A stretch of 64,000 nucleotides of DNA from Candidatus Parcubacteria bacterium (GTDB lineage: Bacteria; Patescibacteriota; Minisyncoccia; Sungbacterales; SURF-37): positions 5,222 to 69,221 of the forward strand of contig QZJO01000001.1 in NCBI GenBank assembly GCA_003599755.1, read 5' to 3'. The notes beneath the pieces were generated by a model. It saw only the letters and a list, made by a program, of their open reading frames with translations. It was not told the origin of the DNA and made no database searches. The first letter of the stretch is position 1, and each line of letters begins with the position of its first letter. Positions 17,325-26,170 of this stretch are shown one piece after another. The position numbers and the translations under genes are program-made.

Positions 17325-18401
17325 ATGATTTTGGGTATCATCGCGTTTGTCGCCATGCTCGGCGTCCTCGTGCTCGCGCATGAGTGGGGGCATTTTTACG
17401 CTGCCCGCAAATTCGGCGTGCGCGTCGAAGAGTTCGCGTTCGGTTTTCCCCCGCGTCTTGCGAGTATCACGAAAAACGGCGTGCGCTATGCTTGGAATCT
17501 CATTCCAATCGGCGGCTATGTGAAAATTTACGGCGAAAGCGGCGAAGGGCAAGGAAACCGGGAAAGCTTCAGCTCGCGGCCAATCTGGCAGCGCTTTATC
17601 ATCATTGCCGCGGGCGTGTTCATGAACATGGTGCTTGCTTGGGTGTTGTTTTCAGCCGGCCATGCGATCGGCCTGCCCACGGTGCTTGCCGAGGATGATG
17701 CCACGGCCGGAGTCGTGACCATTTTGGACGTCCTCGAGGATTCGCCGGCTGCTCAAGCGGGAATCCAGTTCGGCGACGTGATTCGGCGCCTGGAAGCGGC
17801 GGGCGAGACGATTGCGGTCGCATCCATGCGTGACGTCCAGGAATTCGTAAGCCGGCACGGCGGCGAGTCCATCACCATGGTGGTCGTGCGGGGGTCGGGC
17901 GAGCGCTCGGTGGGCATAGTGCCGCGCGTGAATCCGCCGCCGAGCCAGGGGGCGCTGGGCATCTCTATGGCACGGGTCGGTATTGTAGCTTCGCCCTGGT
18001 GGCGCGCGCCGTGGGATGGCGCCAAAACCACAGCTACGGCGATCGTGGCCATCGCGCGCGGTCTTGGCACGGTGGCGCAGAATCTGTTCGCGCGCGGCGA
18101 GGTCAGCGGCGATGTTTCCGGTCCGGTCGGCATATTCGTGTTCGCGAACGAAAGCCGGAAGCTCGGCATCGTGTATCTTTTGGAGCTTGCCGGAGTGCTT
18201 TCGATCAACCTTGCTATCCTCAATATTCTTCCGGTGCCGGCGTTGGACGGGGGGCGAGTGCTGTTTCTCGCGATCGAGCGGATCCGCGGTGGCGTGCGAG
18301 TGAACGAACGCATTGAGCAGTTCGTGCATACCGTCGGCATGGCGCTGTTGCTGCTCCTGATGGTAGCGATTACCTACCGTGATATTGTCCGCTTTTTCTG
18401 A
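17325..18401 (+). CDS. rseP: RIP site-2 metalloprotease (RseP/YaeL family)
   Basis: 'LAHEWGHFYAARKFG' HExxH, PDZ domain, C-terminal 'LNILPVPALDGG'. Confidence 0.8.
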   Translation: MILGIIAFVAMLGVLVLAHEWGHFYAARKFGVRVEEFAFGFPPRLASITKNGVRYAWNLIPIGGYVKIYGESGEGQGNRESFSSRPIWQRFIIIAAGVFMNMVLAWVLFSAGHAIGLPTVLAEDDATAGVVTILDVLEDSPAAQAGIQFGDVIRRLEAAGETIAVASMRDVQEFVSRHGGESITMVVVRGSGERSVGIVPRVNPPPSQGALGISMARVGIVASPWWRAPWDGAKTTATAIVAIARGLGTVAQNLFARGEVSGDVSGPVGIFVFANESRKLGIVYLLELAGVLSINLAILNILPVPALDGGRVLFLAIERIRGGVRVNERIEQFVHTVGMALLLLLMVAITYRDIVRFF

Positions 18402-18542
18402 TATCATTACGCCTATATACCCGATAATATAACTGCGAAAATTTTTGCGAAGCTATGGTAATTTCAGCATGATCTGCGTCGAAACGGCATTGGTGTAATA
18501 TGGAGATCCCTTATTTTTAACTTTGAAGTTGCACTACCGGGT

Positions 18543-18992
18543 ATGGCCAAGCGCAAAGAAGGGATGACGGGCCAATCGGAACGGTCGCATGGGAAAGATG
18601 CGGAACGCGCGATTCTGGTGGTCGAGGATGATTCACTGCTTGCCGATCTCCTCGAGCGGAAGCTCAAGCAGGAAGGATTCGTGTGCCATGTCGCCGTAAA
18701 TACTCGCGAGGCGGCGCAAATCCTCGGCACCGAGCGCATCGATTTGATTCTTCTGGATCTCGTGCTGCCCGGCGTGGACGGCATTTCATACCTGAAGAAA
18801 TTGAAAGCGGATTCGGCGCATCGGGACATTCCGGTCATTATCATTTCGAATCTTTTGCAAGAAGAAGAGATCAGGCGCGGCAAGGCGGCCGGCGCGGTGG
18901 ATTACATCACCAAGGCTTCAACGACGCCGCAGGGAATCGTCCGCCGCGTGCGTTCATTCTTCAAAAAGCAGCATACCCGGCGCGCGGCATAG
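18543..18992 (+). CDS. Stand-alone response-regulator receiver domain (CheY-like); no kinase adjacent
   Basis: 'ILVVEDDSLLADLLERKL...IDLILLDLVLPGVDGISYLKKLK'. Only about 149 aa, no output domain. Confidence 0.7.
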   Translation: MAKRKEGMTGQSERSHGKDAERAILVVEDDSLLADLLERKLKQEGFVCHVAVNTREAAQILGTERIDLILLDLVLPGVDGISYLKKLKADSAHRDIPVIIISNLLQEEEIRRGKAAGAVDYITKASTTPQGIVRRVRSFFKKQHTRRAA

Positions 18993-19112
18993 CCACGGCT
19001 TGCCAAACGCATTCCGGGCGGCTATTATGCCCCTAGCCAGCCGCGTGTTGGCAAAAGGTCTTCTCAAGTTTTGCGAATACGTGCGAGTTTTACGGCCCGG
19101 CCCTTCGAGGGA

Positions 19113-19165
19113 GATGCTACGAATGCGTAGTATTTGATCGTAAAATACAATGTATTCGTAGCATC
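19113..19165. promoter_or_regulatory. 53-nt imperfect palindrome immediately upstream of the small zinc-ribbon ORF; putative operator
   Basis: GATGCTACGAAT...ATTCGTAGCATC 12-nt perfect arms with TATTT/AAATA extension. AT-rich in a GC-rich context. Confidence 0.4.
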
Positions 19166-19168
19166 TCG

Positions 19169-19393
19169 ATGTATCAGCGTGATGGAAACTCCTTCGGAGG
19201 AGGCGGCGGTCCGCGCCAGATGTTTACCCCTCCGGATGGCGTTGCCTGGGCGTGCTCCCAGTGCGGAGCAGAGATCAAAGAGTTGCCGTTCCAGCCGCGA
19301 TCGGACGCGAACGGCGCTCCCACCTCTCCGCTTTACTGCCGTGAGTGCCATCGGTCGCGCATGCAGGACGCAGGTCCGCGCCGCCGGTTCTAG
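19169..19393 (+). CDS. Small zinc-ribbon (CxxC-x26-CxxC) rubredoxin-like protein
   Basis: 'WACSQCGAEI...LYCRECHRS' two CxxC knuckles about 27 aa apart. Followed by a strong terminator. The true start may be the internal ATG (MFTPPDG...). Confidence 0.4.
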   Translation: MYQRDGNSFGGGGGPRQMFTPPDGVAWACSQCGAEIKELPFQPRSDANGAPTSPLYCRECHRSRMQDAGPRRRF

Positions 19394-19403
19394 GCAGTAG
19401 CAC

Positions 19404-19445
19404 AAAAGCCCCCGAGCTCTCTCGAGCCCGGGGCTTTTGTATTTC
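19404..19445 (+). terminator. Rho-independent terminator
   Basis: AAAAGCCCCCGAGCTC-TC-GAGCCCGGGGCTTTTGTATTT. Confidence 0.55.
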
Positions 19446-19474
19446 ATCCGGCAGCGCGTATACAATGAAACCCC

Positions 19475-20719
19475 ATGGAGAAATTTGATTATCTGGTGGC
19501 CGGCGGGGGCGTGGCCGGCGTCTCGGCCGCCGAAGAGATTCGTAAGCAAGATCCCGCCGCTCGCATCGCACTTGTAAGCGGGGAGCAGCAGCCGCTGTAC
19601 TCGCGTGTCCTTTTGCCGCATTACGTCAAAGGTCTCGTGCGGCGCGACGCGGTGTTCTTGCGTACCGTTGAACGGTACGCCGCTGCCGGTATTACGGTTT
19701 TGGCCGGCGACTGGGCCGTTCGCCTCGACGCGGCAGGCCGTACGCTGCATCTCAAATCGGGTGCCGCCCTTGTCTTTGAAAAATTCGTGATCGCGACTGG
19801 CGGCACGCCGCTGCCCCTCATGATCCCCGGCGCCCAAGCCGAGGGGGTATCCCGATTCCAGACGATCCAAGACGCCGATGCGATGGTCGCGCGCCTGCCG
19901 ACGGTCAAGCGAGCGGCAGTAGTCGGGTCCAGCTTCATCGCACTCGAGTATTTGGCCATTCTTTGTAAATTCGGCATTCCCGCGGCGCTTGTGGTTCGCG
20001 GGCCGCATGTGTTCAATGGGTTCCTTGATCCGGACGGCGCGGCATTTCTGGAAGCGCACTTCCGGAAGCAGGGCGTGGGTCCGATCGTCCGCAATGACCG
20101 CCTCGTGGCGATCGAGAGCCACGCTGGTGCGGTGCGCGCCATCCGCACCGAGCGGGGAGAGCGAATCGAAGCCGATTTTGTGGGCGTGGGTATCGGCCTG
20201 GGACGCGATACGGCCTGGCTTTTGGATTCGGGCGTGGCGATCGGCACGGCGGGCGTGCGGGCAGACGCGTATTTGGAAACGAATGTACCGGGCGTATTCG
20301 CTGCCGGTGACGCGGCCGAACTCGTTGATCCGCTGACCGGCCGATCCCGCGCGTTCGGCAATTGGTCCCATGCGACGCTGTCGGGAAAGCTCGCGGGGCA
20401 TAACGCCGCGCGACCGGACCAGAAGTCGGCCTACGACCACATATCCGTCTACTCCATTCAGCACTTCGGCTATTCGATCGCGGTCTTGGGCGATACCGGG
20501 GCACCCGGCGGGGCGGCGATTGCCGCGCTTGATCGGGATACCGAACGCTATGGACGATTTTTCCTCCACGAAGGGCGGCTGGTCGGCGCGGTGCTGATCA
20601 ATCGCAACAAGGATCAGGCAGCGCTCGTGGCGTTGATGAAAAGCCGCCAGCCGATCGCAAACGCCGAGGAATTCTTGGCCCGTCCGAACGCGGACCTGGC
20701 CGCACTCGCCGCCGCGTAA
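19475..20719 (+). CDS. FAD-dependent pyridine-nucleotide oxidoreductase of the ferredoxin/rubredoxin-reductase (NirB/AIF-like) class
   Basis: 'YLVAGGGVAGVSAAEEIRK' FAD GxGxxG, second Rossmann 'AAVVGSSFIALE', 'FAAGDAAE'. No class-I CxxxxC redox disulfide. Confidence 0.75.
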   Translation: MEKFDYLVAGGGVAGVSAAEEIRKQDPAARIALVSGEQQPLYSRVLLPHYVKGLVRRDAVFLRTVERYAAAGITVLAGDWAVRLDAAGRTLHLKSGAALVFEKFVIATGGTPLPLMIPGAQAEGVSRFQTIQDADAMVARLPTVKRAAVVGSSFIALEYLAILCKFGIPAALVVRGPHVFNGFLDPDGAAFLEAHFRKQGVGPIVRNDRLVAIESHAGAVRAIRTERGERIEADFVGVGIGLGRDTAWLLDSGVAIGTAGVRADAYLETNVPGVFAAGDAAELVDPLTGRSRAFGNWSHATLSGKLAGHNAARPDQKSAYDHISVYSIQHFGYSIAVLGDTGAPGGAAIAALDRDTERYGRFFLHEGRLVGAVLINRNKDQAALVALMKSRQPIANAEEFLARPNADLAALAAA

Positions 20720-20758
20720 CAGTTGCCCGCCGGGGTTTTCGGTGCTACACTACGGCTC

Positions 20759-21469
20759 ATGTCTGACACCGATCCCCAGTCGCACGAGGCCGAAGCGAAG
20801 CCGAATCTCCTGATACCCGGAGCCATCGTGGCCGCCGGTCTCGTCGTGGCCGGCGCGATCGTGTATTCGGGCGGACTGCCGACCGGCGGGCTCACCGCGA
20901 CGCCGACGCCGCCAAGCGCACCGCCTGCTGCCGTGGATATGGCAGCGCTCGTGGATGATGATCCGATGCTCGGCGATCCCAATGCGCCGGTGACGATCGT
21001 CGAATTCAGCGATTTCGAGTGCCCCTTTTGCAATCGATTCTGGCTGACCACGCTGCCGCTCTTGCGCGCGACATACATTGAAACGGGCAAGGCGCGTCTC
21101 GTGTACCGCGATTTTCCCTTGTCCAATATCCACGCCAATGCGGCCCCGGCTGCCGAGGCGGCCCAATGCGCGCACGAACAGGGTAAATTCTGGGAATTCC
21201 ATGACCGGCTGTTCGAAAACCAGGCAGCACTTGGCCCGGCAACGTACCGCGAGACCGCGGCAGCCCTGGGGCTCAATACCGCCCAATTCGATCAATGTGT
21301 GAGCTCGGGTAAATATCGGGCTGAAGTTCAGAACGATTTCGAGGCGGGCCGCGCCGCAGGCGTATCGGGTACGCCGACGTTTTACATCAACGGCATCGAA
21401 ATCGTCGGCGCGCTGCCGTATTCGGAGTTTGAACAGGCGATCGAGGCCGCGTTGGCGAACGCGCGCTGA
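20759..21469 (+). CDS. DsbA-like thiol:disulfide oxidoreductase (membrane-anchored thioredoxin fold)
   Basis: N-terminal TM helix, 'FSDFECPFCNRF' CPFC active site. The track start 20723 is a TTG; 20759 is an ATG. Confidence 0.7.
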   Translation: MSDTDPQSHEAEAKPNLLIPGAIVAAGLVVAGAIVYSGGLPTGGLTATPTPPSAPPAAVDMAALVDDDPMLGDPNAPVTIVEFSDFECPFCNRFWLTTLPLLRATYIETGKARLVYRDFPLSNIHANAAPAAEAAQCAHEQGKFWEFHDRLFENQAALGPATYRETAAALGLNTAQFDQCVSSGKYRAEVQNDFEAGRAAGVSGTPTFYINGIEIVGALPYSEFEQAIEAALANAR

Positions 21470-21585
21470 TTACGGCTGCGTACATTTGACAGCTTTGCTA
21501 TACTGAACATGAGGAACATCTCGGGAGCGTTCCTCGAACGATTATTCAACGCTTTCTTACCTTCATTTCATTCCTATTCACTTCT

Positions 21586-21819
21586 ATGTCCGTCAAAATC
21601 TACACCACTCCGTCCTGCGTGTACTGCAAAATGGCCAAGGCCTTTTTTGCCGAACACCAGGTGCAATACGAGGAGCTCGACGTCGCCCGCGACGTCAAAG
21701 CCCGCGAAGAGATGATTCAAAAGAGCGGCCAGTTCGGCGTGCCGGTCATTGAAATCAACGGCGAACTCGTTGTCGGATTCGATCAGGCGCGGTTTCGGCA
21801 GCTATTGGGCATCAAATAG
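21586..21819 (+). CDS. Glutaredoxin-like protein (NrdH/Grx family)
   Basis: 'KIYTTPSCVYCKMAKAFF' CxxC, 77 aa. Confidence 0.75.
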   Translation: MSVKIYTTPSCVYCKMAKAFFAEHQVQYEELDVARDVKAREEMIQKSGQFGVPVIEINGELVVGFDQARFRQLLGIK

Positions 21820-21834
21820 TTTCGGTTTCAGCCC

Positions 21835-22476
21835 ATGGATCCCGTCCCGTCGTCTGCGGCTGTCGAGCAGAGCGAGCGCATTGCCCGTGCCGTGCGCAAA
21901 AAACGCTTGCGGCTATTCGGCACGATCACGCTCGCGCTTGCTCTTTTGGCGTTCGGCGCATGGGCGCTCGTACGCTTCGGTTCGGGGCCGGCGGGCGATC
22001 CGCCGACAGGGACCGAAACGCATGCCGATCAGGGCGGGGACCACGTGCCGTTCAACACGCCGTTTTCGTACAATTCCAACCCGCCGACGTCCGGCCCGCA
22101 CTACCGCGACCCGGCAAACTGGGGCATCTACGACTACGAAGTGCACGACCAGATCTTCATCCATAACATGGAGCACGGCGGCGTATGGTTCAGCTATCGG
22201 CCGAGCGCGGGGATCGGCGTTGTCCAGGATCTGGAAGCGCTCGTGCGGGAACTCGGCGGCGCGAAAATCATCATGTCACCGCGCAGCGCCAATGACGCCG
22301 ACGTCGCCCTTGCCGCGTGGAATCGCACGCTGAAATTTCCTGTCGTGGGCGAGCGCTTGACCGAGGCCGAGAAAGAAGCGGTGCGGGCGTTTTACCGGGC
22401 GCTGAAAAACAGTGGACCGGAAGGACGGCTGATTCCGGATTCTATGCCGGGCATTGATCCCAAATCAGTGCAGTAG
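21835..22476 (+). CDS. DUF3105-family membrane-anchored protein
   Basis: N-terminal TM. 'NSNPPTSGPHY', 'IHNMEHGGVWFSY', typical of DUF3105. Confidence 0.5.
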   Translation: MDPVPSSAAVEQSERIARAVRKKRLRLFGTITLALALLAFGAWALVRFGSGPAGDPPTGTETHADQGGDHVPFNTPFSYNSNPPTSGPHYRDPANWGIYDYEVHDQIFIHNMEHGGVWFSYRPSAGIGVVQDLEALVRELGGAKIIMSPRSANDADVALAAWNRTLKFPVVGERLTEAEKEAVRAFYRALKNSGPEGRLIPDSMPGIDPKSVQ

Positions 22477-22565
22477 TCATCCGTCGCTGAGTCGCGTAGT
22501 CGCTACGGCATTGGGCTGATTGCGCACTGAATGACTCAATGACGTCATGACATAACGACAACCGT

Positions 22566-23543
22566 ATGTATGATCTGATCATCATTGGCGGCGGGCCGGC
22601 GGCCGTTGCGGCCGGCGTCTACGCCGCGCGCAAAAAACTTAAGACCCTCGTGGTCACCGAATCGTTCGGCGGCCAGTCTATGGTTTCGAATTCGATCGAG
22701 AACTGGATCGGCACCAAAACCATCAGCGGCTTTGATTTTGCCGAAGCGCTGGAGGGTCATTTGCGGGCACAGGCGTCTATTGAGATCAAGATGCCCGAGA
22801 AGGTGATCGCGGTGCGCGAAATCCCGTGCGTGGACGGCAAGCATGCGTGCGATTTTGAGATAGAAACCGATCAAGGCAACCGCTATCAGGCCAAGGCAGT
22901 CATCGTGACATCGGGTTCCCGCCGGCGGCGTCTCGGGGTGCCGGGCGAAGATAAATTCGAGGGCAAGGGCGTGGCTTATTGTTCAACCTGCGATGCGCCG
23001 ATTTTTGCGGACAAGCGTGTGGCTGTCGTAGGCGGCGGCAATGCCGGCCTCGAAGCGGTCGTGGACCTGTTTCCATACGCATCGGAGATTTATTTGATCC
23101 ACCGCGGCGATCAGCTCAAAGGCGATGCGGTAACGCAAGAAGAAATCCGAAAAAATCCAAAGGTGAAAATTATCCTGAATGCCCAAACCCAGGAAATTGT
23201 GGGCGACAAATTCGTCACCGGCCTGCGGTATCAGGATGCAAAAACCGAGGAGATCAAGGAACTCGCCGTGGATGGCGTATTCGTGGAGATCGGCGCGGTG
23301 CCGAATTCGGAAATGGTCAAAGGCGTAGTCCAACTCAATCCGTTCGGCGAAGTGATCATTGACCACCGCACCGCAGCCACGTCCAAGCCGGGCATCTTTG
23401 CTGCGGGCGACGTGACCGACGAACTGTACAAGCAAAACAATATCTCGGCAGGTCACGGCATTACGGCAGCGCTTTCGGCCTACAACTACCTGCTCGGCAT
23501 CAAAAAGCAGAGTCCGACCGCCGAAAAGGTTGCAGCGGCATAA
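22566..23543 (+). CDS. trxB: Thioredoxin reductase
   Basis: 'YDLIIIGGGPAAVAAGVYAAR', redox 'CSTCDAPIF', 'VAVVGGGNAGLEAV'. Confidence 0.85.
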   Translation: MYDLIIIGGGPAAVAAGVYAARKKLKTLVVTESFGGQSMVSNSIENWIGTKTISGFDFAEALEGHLRAQASIEIKMPEKVIAVREIPCVDGKHACDFEIETDQGNRYQAKAVIVTSGSRRRRLGVPGEDKFEGKGVAYCSTCDAPIFADKRVAVVGGGNAGLEAVVDLFPYASEIYLIHRGDQLKGDAVTQEEIRKNPKVKIILNAQTQEIVGDKFVTGLRYQDAKTEEIKELAVDGVFVEIGAVPNSEMVKGVVQLNPFGEVIIDHRTAATSKPGIFAAGDVTDELYKQNNISAGHGITAALSAYNYLLGIKKQSPTAEKVAAA

Positions 23544-23569
23544 TTCCAAACCGCAATCCCTAAAGCCGC

Positions 23570-24808
23570 ATGGCGACCTTTTTGGAGAATACCAAGATCA
23601 ACGTCGAACAGGCGGCGTTGGCGTTGGCATTGGGCGCGGACGTACGCGCGTTGCTTGAGAAACCGAAAAACGTTTTGGCATTCGAGTTGCCGCTGCCGCT
23701 TTCGAGCGGCGAGACCCGAATTTTTTCCGCCTGGAGGGTGCAGCACTCGGACGTGCTCGGTCCGGGTAAAGGCGGCATTCGCTATCATCCGGCTTCCAAT
23801 CTCGATGAGGTCTCGGCGCTCGCTTCGCTCATGACCTGGAAAACGTCGCTGGCTGGCCTGCCCTACGGCGGAGCCAAGGGCGCGATCACGGTGGATGCCA
23901 AAGAGCTCGCGCCCAAGGATTTGGAGGCAGTAAGCCGAAGCTATGTCCGGCGCATCACCGAATATATCGGGCCATACCGCGACGTACCCGCACCCGACGT
24001 GGGCACTAATGCCCAGACCATGGCCTGGATGGCAGATGAATACGCGAAGCTGACCGGCGCCTGGGAACCGGCCGCGTTCACGGGCAAACCGGTCGAGATC
24101 GGCGGGTCGCACGGCCGCGAGGAAGCTACGGGCTTCGGCGGCGCGGTACTGTTGCGCGAGGCGCTCGCGGCAATTGGCAAAAAGAGAAAACTACGCATCG
24201 CGATCCAAGGCACGGGTAATGTCGGCGGCATCATTGCCGAGGAGCTGGCAAAGGCCGGACATACGATCATCGGCATGGGGGATTCGAAAGGAGCCATCCT
24301 TGATCCGGACGGACTCGACGTTCAAAAAATTCTTGCAGCAAAGGAAGCAAGCGGAAAGCCGTTGGCGGAATTGCCGGGCGGACACGCGGCGATATCGAGC
24401 GCCGAGTTATTGGAGGCGGATGTCGACGTGCTGATTCCCGCCGCGCTCGAGAGCGTCATTACGGCCGAGAATGCGCCTCACATCAAGGCATCGGTCATTT
24501 TGGAGATGGCTAACGGACCGGTCACGGCCGAAGCCGACGCGCTGCTGAAGGGCCGCGGTATCGAGATCATTCCCGATATCCTCGCCAACAGCGGCGGCGT
24601 GGTGGGCTCGTATTGGGAATGGGTGCAGAATTTACAGCGCATCTCCTGGGAAAAAGAGGAGGTGCTCAAGCGTATCGAGGAAGTGCTCGTCCGGGCGTTT
24701 CGTGCCGTGGCGGCCGAAAAAGCCAACGGCGGCTCGTGGCGCGAGGCGGCCTATCGCCGGGCGGTCGGCCGGGTGACGAGGGCGATGACGCTCCGGGGGT
24801 GGATATAG
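23570..24808 (+). CDS. gdh: Glu/Leu/Phe/Val-family amino-acid dehydrogenase (glutamate dehydrogenase-like)
   Basis: 'GPGKGGIRYHP' catalytic motif, 'IQGTGNVGG' NAD(P) Rossmann. Confidence 0.85.
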   Translation: MATFLENTKINVEQAALALALGADVRALLEKPKNVLAFELPLPLSSGETRIFSAWRVQHSDVLGPGKGGIRYHPASNLDEVSALASLMTWKTSLAGLPYGGAKGAITVDAKELAPKDLEAVSRSYVRRITEYIGPYRDVPAPDVGTNAQTMAWMADEYAKLTGAWEPAAFTGKPVEIGGSHGREEATGFGGAVLLREALAAIGKKRKLRIAIQGTGNVGGIIAEELAKAGHTIIGMGDSKGAILDPDGLDVQKILAAKEASGKPLAELPGGHAAISSAELLEADVDVLIPAALESVITAENAPHIKASVILEMANGPVTAEADALLKGRGIEIIPDILANSGGVVGSYWEWVQNLQRISWEKEEVLKRIEEVLVRAFRAVAAEKANGGSWREAAYRRAVGRVTRAMTLRGWI

Positions 24809-24812
24809 GCGC

Positions 24813-25886
24813 TTGTTTCCGGGTATCCTAGAACTAATGGCTACCAAGATTGCAATCAATGGATTTGGAAGAATCGGACGCTCGTTTTTTCGCGCGGCCT
24901 ATGGCTTGCCTGCCTCGCCCGCAGGCGGGTCCGCCTCGCCGACAGGCGGGCCGGAATTCGATATCGTGGCGGTCAACGATCTGACCGATACCAAAACCCT
25001 TGCCTATCTTTTGAAATACGATTCGGTTTACGGTCGTTATCCGCGCGAGGTCAGCTCAACCGAGCATGCCATAACCGTGGATGGAAATGAGGTGAGGGTG
25101 CTTGCTGAAAAGGATCCGGCAAATCTGCCGTGGAAGGACCTAGGCGTGGATATTGTTGTGGAATCAACGGGATTCTTCACGGATGCCGCAAAGGCCAAGG
25201 CGCATCTGGATGCTGGCGCCCAGCGCGTGGTTATTACCGCGCCGGCCAAGGGTGATGTCATGACCGCACTCGTCGGCGTGAACGATGATCTGTTCGCCAA
25301 TGCGGCTATGATTACGGCCAATGCATCGTGCACCACGAATTCGGTCGCGCCGGTTATGAAAATTCTCCAGGAATCGCTCGGCATCAAGCGCGCCACCATG
25401 AGCACGGTGCACTCGTATACGGCAACGCAGAAGCTCGTGGATGGCCCGGATGCGAAAGATCTGCGCAGAGGCCGCGCGGCCGCAGCCAATATCGTGCCTT
25501 CGACCACGGGCGCGGCCGAAGCCGTGATTCAAGCCATTCCCGAACTTGCTGGCAAATTCGACGCGGTCGCGATCCGCGTGCCGACTATCAGCGGATCGCT
25601 CTCCATTATCTCGGCGCTCGTCGAAAAGCCGACCGACAGGGAATCGGTTAATGCCATATTTGAAAAAGCCGCGGCAGATCCGCGTTGGTCCAAAAGCGTG
25701 AAGGTGACGCGTGACGAAGTGGTGTCGACCGATATCATCGGCGAGCCCTATGGCGCGATCATTGACGCATCGCTCACTAAAGTGATGGGCGGTGACTTGG
25801 TACAGGTGTTTTCGTGGTATGACAACGAGGCCGGTTATACCGCGACGCTCGTGGAGCACGTGCGCCGCGTGGCGCAGTTGGGTTGA
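24813..25886 (+). CDS. gap: Glyceraldehyde-3-phosphate dehydrogenase (with a short Pro/Ser/Gly-rich insertion in the NAD domain)
   Basis: 'KIAINGFGRIGR', 'ASCTTNSVAPV' catalytic Cys, 'WYDNEAGY'. Insert 'PASPAGGSASPTGGPEF'. Confidence 0.9.
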   Translation: MFPGILELMATKIAINGFGRIGRSFFRAAYGLPASPAGGSASPTGGPEFDIVAVNDLTDTKTLAYLLKYDSVYGRYPREVSSTEHAITVDGNEVRVLAEKDPANLPWKDLGVDIVVESTGFFTDAAKAKAHLDAGAQRVVITAPAKGDVMTALVGVNDDLFANAAMITANASCTTNSVAPVMKILQESLGIKRATMSTVHSYTATQKLVDGPDAKDLRRGRAAAANIVPSTTGAAEAVIQAIPELAGKFDAVAIRVPTISGSLSIISALVEKPTDRESVNAIFEKAAADPRWSKSVKVTRDEVVSTDIIGEPYGAIIDASLTKVMGGDLVQVFSWYDNEAGYTATLVEHVRRVAQLG

Positions 25887-26170
25887 CGAGACGGTAAAAT
25901 CCGAATATTCTGTAGAACAACAGCGTCGAACGGGGAACCGTCCCGTTCGCCCTCTCTCTGGGGAGAGGGGCACGCTGCCCGCGATCCCGCATACTGCGGG
26001 CGAAGCGGCGCCGGAGAGCCCTCCGTTATGGGATAATGAGGCGTCCGCACAAGGCGGCCGCAAAGGCAAGGTGGTACCACGAGTGACCTCGTCCTTGCTA
26101 AAAACCGTTTTGGTTTTTGGCAAAGATGAGGTTTCTTTAATTTCTGAATTCATAATTTTGAATTATTCAT
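25887..26170 (+). promoter_or_regulatory. About 280-nt structured leader of proS with a T-box-like conserved sequence; candidate T-box riboswitch
   Basis: Several GC hairpins followed by AAGGCAAGGTGGTACCACGAG at about 26063-26083 (compare T-box consensus AANNNGGGTGGNACCGCG), then an AU-rich hairpin and U-rich tract before the ATG. Confidence 0.3.

Noticed and set aside
19064-20569. 501-aa minus-strand ORF
   Set aside because: It lies antisense to a well-supported FAD oxidoreductase gene and to the zinc-ribbon ORF. Its Arg/Ala/Gly-rich composition is typical of high-GC antisense frames.
25164-26153. 329-aa minus-strand ORF
   Set aside because: Antisense to gap and the proS leader.
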